From Rhizodiscina lignyota (taxonomy: Eukaryota), in contig ML978121.1 of assembly GCA_010015805.1 (NCBI GenBank), positions 1,674,001 to 1,738,000 of the forward strand: a stretch of 64,000 nucleotides of DNA, written 5' to 3'. The position numbers and the translations under genes were made by a program. The notes beneath the pieces are model-generated. The model ran no database searches. It saw only the letters and a program-made list of their open reading frames with translations, and had not been told where the DNA came from. Positions 12,111 through 22,743 of this stretch are shown here, one piece after another; position 1 is the first letter of the stretch; each line of letters starts with the position of its first letter.

Positions 12111-12268
12111 CGAGAGGGGATCTTTGTACACTGTCTGCTGATACATTGGCGAGGAAGGACGTTCAATTTGCAGGTACCAAGCTTGGTGTCAAAAGCGAGG
12201 CCTGCCTGTGCAAATCTGAACATACGCGGTGTGTCAAATAACTTGTACAACGCTGAAGTAGTCCAAAA

Positions 12269-14141
12269 TCAGAGATCATCGTCTTCGCTATCAATACCGC
12301 TCTCCCAACCTTCCGTATACTCTTCTGCCATTCCCCTCAATGCTTCGCCGATCCCATTCCGATCATCGACATTCACGCCCGGCGAGCGCAGGACGATCTG
12401 CTCCAGATTCTGAAGCCTCTTTGAAACGGCGGAACTGGTAGAAAGTGCCGCTCGCATCGCTAGAGTGTCCATACCTGCAGTATCGACGTCGAAAATTCGG
12501 GGAAAGCTAGACAACAGCGGGAAGAGTAGAGAGCTTTGGTGCCTAATGTAGTGTCAGTTGGGAATAATGTAGAGTGGATGTGATATACGAAACATACCTG
12601 ATGATGGTAGTGCCCCCTCCACTAGCGAAGCGATCTCTCGAGGCAATATTTCCTTCCTCGATTTCAATGGTAGGCTTCCACGTCCCTCGAAGGCTCTCCG
12701 CTCTCCCAAATATATGATCTTCAGTGCCACCATGCCCATTAAGATGTGTTCGAGCTTGCTGTTGATCAGCAGAGAATAGACGAATTTCGAATCGATCAAT
12801 CTTCGATGGCGCATCTTGATCATCGTTTACAGCTCCGTTCATCATGCGATGATCTCCGTCTCCGTTCGCGGCCGAAGCTCCTGACAGGGCAGACGCGCTT
12901 GCAGCACCGTACTCGAGCTCAGAGACTTTTCTTACTCCGTCTCGATTTAGTGCCAATTCCAAGTCTCCGAGCAACACCATCCGGCCATCCACTGGACGAA
13001 GCCGTGCAGGAAGTGTACAGCTCTCGACCGCGGCGGCTTGGAGAGCGCCAATCTGCCACATGGATTTGTCGACGTGCAGATATGATGGCGGGTGCTGCGT
13101 CTCACTGGAGACCGGAACGTAGATTGAAGCGTTTGGCACTATCGCCGAAAGTGACCGAGATGCATCCAATGCATGCTTTAATCTTCTCTCCTACGTTTGT
13201 AAGAGCTTTGACAGACAACCGTGCAGATTTGACTCACCCTTGTGTCTCCAATGGGTCCCTCAAGTCCCCAAGTCCATATCCCAGTTTTGCCGTACTCATC
13301 TCTCAGTCGTTCTAACCAACTTGCGGTCCAGCCGCCCCAAGCGTCTCCAACATCAGCGAAGATCTGAAAAGCTTGTAGCTGATCGCATTCTTCCGCAAAA
13401 TGCCTTACATCTCTGTCCAAGAGGTCATGCTCCCGGTCGAGGACAGCGAATAATTCTTCTCCAGTCTGCCAGTCGCCAAAGGAAGAAAGCTGAGATGAAG
13501 ATGGTATGTCATTTAGTGACACAGGGACTAGCGAGCGCGGATGGTAATAGACGCGATTGAAGTCTGACCAGTATCGTACTGTTGATGAGCTCAACGGCGG
13601 AGGAGCTGTACCTTGTTCCAGATGTACTTGGTACGGATGCGGCTGAATCGGAGGTTGTCGGTGAATGGTTGGAGAATTGTTCCTGCATCACATTCAGCCA
13701 TATAAGGCAAATGCTTTGACTATTTAACCCTACCAGAGATTTGAATTATTTCCCTGATCACTCGCTTCGTAGAGTGCATTGAGCTTGCGAAGCGATCCAA
13801 AGTTGCTCTTCAAATCGTAAACGAGGGCCCTCGGCATGAACGTGTCGGAGCCATCAGATCCAACTCCAGGCTGAAAGAAAAGTCTGCGTCAACCGACTGC
13901 TTTTGACCAAGAACACCGCAGTAAAGAGTTTAACGGAATCAGAAGGTTTCATGCTTACTCGAAAATGAATGTCATGATCTACGGGAGATTCATCTTCAGC
14001 GGAATACGTGAAATACGACTCCTATGCGATATCAGCACTGGGGCAGGCTATGAATTCCGAACTCAATACCTGAGTGTTCCAGAAATGTGTTCCAAGGTAA
14101 TTTCCTTGTTCGCCGAACTGAAGAGTCACGATCTCATGCAT
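12269..14141 (-). CDS. DML1: Misato/Dml1 tubulin-related protein (mitochondrial inheritance)
   Basis: [61 protein letters not shown]; multi-exon. Confidence 0.93.
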
Positions 14142-14490
14142 ATCTTCCAAAGTCGTTTATGAATCTTCGAATTCACACTTGAAAGAATGCAATGACAAGC
14201 TGTTTACGCTGTACTCGGCATCTTTCTTCAAGAGCTAGCTCAAAACAGAGTTGCTGCTATGTAAAGAGTCGTCCTCAAGAGGTCGCAAGGTTTCTCCAAA
14301 ACCTTCTTGTTGAATAAGTTTGATTACATAATCTATCTCTCTCGATGACATGGAATGATTTCTCTGCGAACGCGCTCCACAATTTTGTCCGTTCAGTTTT
14401 GCTGCGATTCCGCGCAAATGATTCAGTATTTTGTTATACATATATCATAAAATATATATTCAAGAACTCAAGGTTTGAGTTGCTTCTCGA

Positions 14491-14526
14491 ACGCGTCCAC
14501 ACGCGTCCACACGCGTCCGGACGCGT
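14491..14526. promoter_or_regulatory. Four MluI cell-cycle boxes (ACGCGT) at 10-bp period, ~350 bp upstream of DML1
   Basis: acgcgtccac acgcgtccac acgcgtccgg acgcgt. Confidence 0.6.
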
Positions 14527-14637
14527 CTGTGGTTTCAGCTGCGGCCGCCCTGGCTCCGTCTCTTTCATCCTTATAAGCTAAGATCGTGTCTCTCGTCAGC
14601 TGAAAATCAAGTTCTCTACATTCATCTGTATGCTCTG

Positions 14638-16268
14638 TTACAGTTTGACGTCCGCAGCAACTCCCACAGGCGCAGGGAGATTTCCACTCTCTCTTTGCAC
14701 CTTCCGATCCCCCAAAGTGACACCAATTTTGGATACCACCAGCCATGCAGGCAAAAGGGAAACCGCCCACAGGCCGAAATTGAAGTAAACGCCTCCAACC
14801 GAAGCCATGATGGCGACGCTGTTAACTCCGTACTACGCATGGTGAGTTTCCATCTGCCCAGGAGAGATCTTCACTACTTACGCTGATGGCTTGCCATGCT
14901 GATTCTGTCCCTCGCAACAAGCCTGCGATGCGAATAACTTCCGCTAATGAATTTGCCAAGTTGCTGACCACGAAGTAGAGATACATGTAATTCAACTGGA
15001 ATCCTGCAACCCACAGCAAGGAGAGCGCGAATGCCTTGCCAAAGCCGTGGTCAACCCAGTCGTACGATGGATTCGTTCGGTGGAAGTCAGTCACCAGTAT
15101 TGTCGCCCAGATCCACCATGCGCCTTGCAGTCCGAGGATCGTAAAAATTGCTGCTCTGGCACGTGTTTTGAGCGCAATCTTGTTTCGATCCAGGAAAGCT
15201 CCCAATAGATTGCCTGCGATTATGGCAGTGATGCCGGAAAGGAAAGATCCAAGAGCTCTCGCTCGGACTGAAAACCACAATGATTCAAATGTGAACATGA
15301 CTGCCTCGGAGTAGACTCCTTGCCCGATTAGTGGAACGATCAACAGGAAATCCCTGCTGAAGAAGAGCTTTGTTGTGAGCTTCATTTCCTTCCAGTTGCT
15401 GTTGGTGATGCTCATGTCCACGGTCTTTCCGTCCTTGCGCTGAACTTTGGAAGGCTTGTTCAAAAGCAGCCCTGCAAATGGTCCCAAAGCTTGCAGCGCA
15501 ATGAATGCCTCATAGACGTGGTAAGAGACCTTGCCTGCCACATTGTTCTTTGCGTTTATTCCAAGATTAATGGCCTATTCAACCGTAGACTAATTAGCAT
15601 GGTCTTCAGGAGTCAGGGAAAGCGTTTTCTTGAGACTGCTTACGCCGCCAATGACCTGTCCACCAACTCGGAAAGAAAGCCAGAAACCTAAGAAGCGTCC
15701 TTGATTGTACGGCTCTGGGTAAGAAAGGGCGATTGCGGCCTCCGCCATCCAAAACACGCCGGCTGAGATGCCACAGAGGGCCGCTCCGAAGAGGACAAAC
15801 CATTGCGTTCCATACCTATTGTTTGTGTATAGGCCAGCTGCATAAGGAGCATATCCTATTGTGCCGATTATGAGCGCCCACTTGATGCCGATGTACCGAA
15901 CGATGATGCTGCTAAAAGCACATGAGACGACCATAAGGCAGAATGTAAGTGCGTTTGCACCATTGACCAGATATGGTTTCTCTTCGCCGCCGGCGCCCAA
16001 TGAATTCATCGCTGCTTTTCTTAGTCACCATCTCGATCTTGCAGAAGAAATTGCTTACCGCCCCATATACCAGGCGCGAGTAGATTACATATTCCGAGCA
16101 CCAAAGCATTATAAGATGTCGAACGATACCATTTGACTGCGCATACTTCAGCAACGACGACTATTTTGGGCAGCACTTTCAATCACCCTTCACTCTCCTC
16201 TCGCCGCCTACAGCTCCGTCATTCTCCAAAGATATCTCCGCATCGGATTTAATATTCTCTTCAGCCAT
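14638..16268 (-). CDS. UNC-93-like MFS membrane transporter
   Basis: MNSLGAGG, GISAGVFWMAEAAIALSYPE, FSVRARALGS, LLRGTESAWQA; last exon ends ADVKL* at 14638; about 3-4 introns. Confidence 0.9.
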
Positions 16269-17401
16269 TGCGGCGATGTGAGATTATCCAAAGTTAAAAG
16301 CGCTCAATTGGATGGGTTAGCAGCTGACATGAATGATCTAGATATTTAAAATTCTATAACGGCCTCGTGTTGGCACAGGACAAATTTTATACTCTCGCAT
16401 TAATTAACCACAAGCATTTTCAACATCTTCTACCCCACAAATTGACCGACGCCATATGAGGAGACGTTCCTCAGTGGGTACAAGCAGTACCTATCTCGGC
16501 AAGCACGCCGTTGGTGGCGTGCTCGCACGAAATCGCATCCTTGTCATTGCATGCTTCTTCTCATCACAACGTCCAAACAACTCACGAAAAGCTCTGCGCA
16601 TGCAAGGCATTTGCTGCCATGCTGGTGAATTCTCTCTCTGGGGTCTCGCCAACAGTGTAATGTGTCGGCACTGAAATCGGTTTCCAATCGGCGAATCGGA
16701 TCAGCCCACGAGCGGAGACAAGCATCTCATCGTCTTTTCCGGCTTGAAGAAGTCTTGCCATCGCAGCGGCTCATCGTTGATGCAATGAAAATTGATGTAG
16801 TGATGAGGTGCGGAACGAGTCGCCTGCTTCGACGCGTTGTTATGAAATTGCGCGAGTCAACCGCCTCATGTCGCCATTCTAAATCAAGGTTTGCCGGTAT
16901 TCAACACGAGTGGGTCTGCTCCAGTTTGTTCTTATCTGTCGAGCCATTATCGTGTGGACGTTATAGAGCTTGCCGCCTTAATACGAAAAGCCATAGTATC
17001 CTAAATGAGAAAAGTGCTTCTCTGACGGCTCCAACGCTCTCCACTCCCTGTTTCAAAAGACGACCGTGTTGACTATCCTGCTAGCAGATAGAGTCTGCTC
17101 CGTTAAATGAAACACGACCATAACAAGCTCCTGGTCGCCAACATCAAATTGGTTGAAATTCTTTGAAAATAACCTTAAGCGAACGAATGTGATTGTGTGA
17201 AGAGGTTAGCAATAGTGTTAAGCTAGCGCTAAACTAATCTCGGGAAGGGGTGTATTCCCTTCGGATGACGCTATGCCGTTTATAAGTTGCGTGAGGGAAT
17301 AACAGCTACCCAGTTAGCTGCAACCTTCGCAGAAACTCTCTAAATTAAAAGTGCCGCTCCCATCGCTACTTCCAAACCTGGCATTACAACAGACACTCAA
17401 A

Positions 17402-19345
17402 ATGTCACCGCATCTGTTAGACACGCTGACAGACTCCGCTTCGAACCCAAATATCCAGAATGGCTTTCCGTCGAATATCGGCTCCGGGGTCAACAGCGAA
17501 ACTGTACACATCAGCAAAGTACAGCCGGTAGCTCCCGTGCATAGCGAAGCAAAGTTTGAGCTTGAAGATCACCCAATCGATGAACCCCGAAGCTTAAACG
17601 TACGTCCAATCCTAAACAACTGTTTAAGCGATTCTTCTAAGATTCAATAGGTTGCAGTAATAGGCGCAGGGATAGCTGGGATTACAGCGGGAGTGCTGTT
17701 ACCAGTTAAGGTACCGGGTCTTCGATTGACCATATTCGAGAAAAACCCAGACGTTGTAAGACCACCAATATGACCCATTCTACTTCAAGTTGCTCATGGA
17801 TTACAGTCAGGAACGTGGTTAGAGAATTCATACCCAGGTGTAAGGTGTGATATTCCGGCACATGTTTATCAATCGACATTTTCGCCAAACACGCAGTGGA
17901 CAGAAGAGTACGCCCAAGGCCATGAAATCCGAGACTACTGGCAAGGCGTTGCGCGCAAGTACGACGTATACAAATATCTGCGGTTGAACTCGCATGTCAC
18001 ACTCGCCGAATGGGACCCCGAGAGCGCTCAGTGGTTGCTCAGTGTTAAAGATTTGAAAAAAGACTCCACCGACACGACATCCGTGGAAAGGTTCGATGTC
18101 GTCATTACAGCCATTGGACGTTTCAATGCGTGGAAGCTCCCAGATATCCCCGGTATAGAGACTTACGAAGGCCATCTCCGCCATTCAAGCAACTGGGATA
18201 AATCATTCGATCCAAATGGCAAGAGAGTTGCTGTCATAGGCAATGGAGCTAGCGGTATCCAAGTTGTTCCGAGCCTGCAGCCGATCGTAAAGCATCTTGA
18301 CCACTACGCCCGGAGTCCAACCTGGATCGCAGGCTCCTTTGCCGGAGAGGGAGAGGGGCGCACATTGGAGCCAAAGCTGTACCCCGTCGAAAAACTGCAA
18401 TCTTTCGAGGATCCAGAGGCATATTATAAGTTCCGAAAGGAGTTTGAAGCCAAGTTTTACCGCCGTTTTGAAACCATCTTCAAAAACACAGAGGGGAATG
18501 AGAAACTGCGAACAGATTTCAAAACTGCAATGACGGAACGTCTGAAGGAGAAGCCTGAGCTTCTTGAGCAGATCCTCCCGGATTTCTCACCCAACTGCAG
18601 GAGGCTGACGCCTGGTCCGGGATATTTAGAGGCACTGACGAAGGATAATGTGAGCTTCATCCGTACTCCAATCGCCAGGTTCACCAAGGAAGGCATCGTG
18701 ACGAACGATGACACAGAGCGAAAAGTCGACGCCGTCATCTGTTCGACTGGAGCAAATAGGGATATGCTGCCGCCTTTCCCTATACGAGTACCGGGCGTGG
18801 GAAGCATCCAGGATGCATGGAGTCCGTCACCGTACACCTACTTGGGCGTTGCAACACCCTCATTTCCAAATCTCCTCTCCGTCCAAGGGCCTAACGCCAC
18901 CGGACACAGTGGGACTGTGCCGAACCAGCTCGAAACTCAGGTGACATACATCGCACAGCTCCTGCGAAAAGTGACGCAACAGGGCATCAAGACTTTCTCC
19001 CCCTCCAAAGCTGCTACAGATGATTTCGTCGCGTACTGCGACGCGTTCTTTGCACGCACCGTCTGGTCTGAGTACTGCAGTTCGTGGGCAAACGGCGGAA
19101 AACCTGGAGGAAGGGTGCAAGGTCATTGGCCGGGAAGCGCATCGCATCTGAACATCGTGCGAAGGAGCCCTCGGTGGGAGGACTGGGAATGGACGTACCG
19201 CACCCCCTCAGGCAATCGCTTTGCGTACTTTGGCAATGGTTGGACGGCGAAAGAGTTACAGGAGGATTCGGACCTGACACCATATTTGAAGAAGCCAGAT
19301 GAGATTGACTTGCGGATTTATCATGAGGAGTGGTTCACTGTTTAA
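17402..19345 (+). CDS. Flavin-containing monooxygenase, Baeyer-Villiger type
   Basis: VIGAGIAG, GTWLENSYPGVRCD, YEGHLRHSSNW (FxGxxxHxxxW-like), VIGNGASG, CRRLTPGPGYLEAL; introns ~17600-17650 and ~17756-17809. Confidence 0.93.
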
Positions 19346-20011
19346 GCAGGAAAGTCTTGAGAACGAAAGGGAGAGATGCCATTGTCAATGTCAACTACAT
19401 ACGGCGACGGACATCGTATTCATTAGGGCCGATCTAGGGAATCCCTGCAAAAGGCTCGGCTATAGCTCTTCCCAAAATTTCTTCGATCCAAATTGAAGGC
19501 TATTTACTGACTTATTAAGTTGTGAAGAACAAGAAGAAGAAAGTACAACCGGGCAGAGGCTCCATTGTTGACATTGCTGGGTGTGACTACAGATGTTGTG
19601 TCATATTTTGGCCATCCCTAACCCCTTCGCAGGTAGGTAAGCCCCCAAAGAGGCCAACAATGAAGTCAGGATATGTTCATTTCCGTTGCTCGTTAGTCGG
19701 AGATACAGGGTTGCGCGGTATCTTTGAATGACGCCTGTCGTGGTTGATATCCCACCGTTTCCACGGCGTGTCCGACTCAGCCGGTATCTCTCAGTGGGTG
19801 GTCGTGTGCTCTTGATCTTTTGCGGCAAGGAAGCGACCTGATCGTATTCAGGGCCCCCCTGGTGGTTCATGCGAAGCCTAAACAGAGTAAGGTTAAAAGT
19901 CCTGCCTATCCCGTTGCTTGTTGACTCGGCCCCCAGTGTCGGGTCGCGTTGTGGGGTTTAGCAGAATCTCAACTCGCGATCAAAAGCCGTACATCTGACA
20001 CGGGTGCTGTA

Positions 20012-22163
20012 GGAGATCCGACGGTCACGTGCAACAGATCACCAAATGTAACACCATCCTAAAATTTAACCACGAATTTCAAAGTACGATTTCTTAATAA
20101 CTATAAGAGATAATTACTTTAAATTAAAACTAGTGATAGATTATATTATTACGTATAAGTTTTATTAAGAAAACCTTTTTAGAAAGTACTTTATTAGCTT
20201 TATTTTACGCTCTAATCGTGTTTAGGTCGCTTTAAGTACTAGAATAGTATTTACCTTATAAAAAATCTTAACCTCTTCTAGAATCTGCTAATACTTATTC
20301 TTCTACTTCTTTAACTTCTTATTAGCTGCTTTAGCTTTAGATTAAAGCTATTTATTAGCCTATTTTTCTATATAAGCCTCCTAAAGTTATATTTTTTTCT
20401 AAGCCGTCTCCTCTACCTTTTATAACCTCGCTACCGCTAGCTATTCTCGCCTTTAATTAGCTAAGCGCTCTTTTTCTTATTTAGCTTCTTATTTACGCTT
20501 CTTTTCCTTCTATTTCTATACTTCCTATTATTATTAATCTTTCTCTTCCTATATAATTTACTCTTATACTAGCTAAACCTTTAAAGGTAAGTATATAATC
20601 GCTTTATAGTTAGATTTATTACGAAGTCGATTAAATAGTAGCTTACCTTAGTAGCCTTTAAGCTTTTCTACGCCTAGTACCTATTTTAAACTATCTCTTT
20701 TAATTCTAAGCTAGTAGTTTTTAAAGACTAAATACTTAATATAGTTAGTAATCTTTATAATATTCTCTTAAATTAATTTATTAATAGTCTCTTTTAGAAC
20801 TATATAAACCTTCCTTTAATTAGATACTAAGAGTACTAAACTATTTAAAGTACTTAAGGCTAGCTAGGATATAGGTCTAACTTATAAGAGTACTATTTTA
20901 GGATTAAAGGGCTAGATACTAGCCTATTAGAACCTTAATTTAATAATATTTTTAGTAAATACTAATTAAAAAGCCGGCTAAAAGAGTAAGAAGAACTACT
21001 ACTTACTAAGGGAGGTTAGTCCTTAAGTCTTTATCTACTAGGTATCTAGATTTATACTATAATAATACCTAATACTTAGAAAGTAGGTAAGATCTAGTAG
21101 CTAGAGTCTATAGGTTAAATAAGGTAGAAATACTACTATAAATACTTTATACTTATTATACTAATCTAGAAAGCGTATATTAATATAGCTATTATAGCTA
21201 TTAACGATTAGAAGCTAATAATTACGACCGTTATATACTTTCTTCTTACTAGCTAGGTCGAAAACTATTATTAGCTACTATATTATAAGGTCCTTATTAG
21301 TCTAGCCGCTTAGCGTTACTATAAAGTAGTAGTTATACTCTTTAAGATCGAAATTATAAAGCTAGCTATCTAGAATATTACCTAGAGCGCCTAGGTAGAT
21401 TAGAGTTAGTTATAATATAGTACTATCTATATAGTAGCTAGTAATAAGAGTAATCTAGTTATAAGAGCTATCTTAGCTTATACTAATAAGTCGACGTTTC
21501 TAAGCTTCTTTTTAGGTGAATATACGCTTTATCTTATATAAGATACCTAGTAGAAAGCCCTTTTTATCTATATTATAATAGTTTTCAGCTCTAATATTAT
21601 ATTACTAGATTTTCGATTATAGCTATTAAGTTAGTAACGAAGTAAGGTAGTATAGTAATACTTACTAGGTTAAAATATAGCTTATACTTATATATATTAT
21701 CTACCTTCTTTTAGCTTTAATCTATACCTACTAGGTAGCTTAATAGTAACTCTTTTTTATACTATTAAATAAAGCGAGAAGCCTACTTTTTTCCTAGCTC
21801 TTTCTTAGCTAAATTACTAGTAAAGCGCTAGATTATTAGCTATATAGGAGGTATACCTTACTTAGTAAGTATATCGATATAGTTTATAAGGTCTTTTTCT
21901 TATTAATACGAGAGTAATGACTAGTATTCTTGTAAACGGCCTTTTAGCTTCGATATGCCTTTATAGCAGCGTAGAAGTATACTAGGTATAACCCTATACT
22001 TTTTAGCTATTACCCTATAAAGAGGAGGATCTTAGCTTTTCAAATCTTTAAGCGCGAGCTCAATTACGCTCATATTAGTAGAGTTATTAAATTTTGAAAT
22101 TCATTGATTTCCGGTGCGTGGTGTTGCATTAGGTGATCTGTTGCACGTGACCGTCGGATCTCC
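20012..22163 (-). mobile_element. pogo/Fot1-type (Tc1/mariner superfamily) DNA transposon, RIP-inactivated
   Basis: 45-bp TIRs (20012-20056 and 22119-22163, 2 mismatches), TA on both sides, very AT- and TpA-rich interior. Confidence 0.95.
20110..22073 (-). pseudogene. RIP-destroyed DDE transposase
   Basis: Relics: MSVIELALKDL (HTH region), YNIDKKGFLLG (NxDExGF), LLIVNSYNSY (DGHxSH), TYRL*LLDL (QPLD); many stop codons; 3' end approximate. Confidence 0.88.
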
Positions 22164-22743
22164 TAGGCCAATCAACTTATGGTTTCAGCCCACGAGCGTG
22201 TACTTTAGACAGCGCCACCCCCGGTCTACGCACGTTGAAGCTTAGACTCCCGTCATTCGGGAGAAGCCATCAACGTCAACACTTTGTTGAAGGAATCATC
22301 CACCAGCTGCACCAAACCCGCGCGATGCCGCGTTCCACGCGCCCTGCCCGCCAAGGCTGCTTAGAGCTTCGACTGCAGGTCTCCCGGCCACCAAAATTTT
22401 GGATGCCGCTATATCGTTCGCTTTACCGTACACGGCAGCTCCATTGTACCTCTGCGAGGCCCGTACTCTTCGACATGCCTAATTGCGAATGTGTCATTGG
22501 CGGGTCCCTGACCCCAAGCCATGTACATTGTGCATCATGACGCAGCATATCGACGTGGGTAGCAGGGTAGCTACAGCATTTTTCGCTCGAAGCTCTGTGG
22601 TCCTGCTTCTCGGCGTGCAGGCTTCGAAGAAAACGCCTCGAAGCTTCAAAAGCTTGCTTGTCCCCTCTTCCTAGCGGGGAAGTCGCTCTCCTACCGGTAG
22701 GTTGCAATTGTTGCCAATTGCTATCTTCTGATTGCTTGTCAAT

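Noticed and set aside
1346..19345. Secondary-metabolite biosynthetic cluster interpretation
   Set aside because: No backbone synthase in the window; cannot be excluded beyond the left edge, but the visible content fits catabolism better
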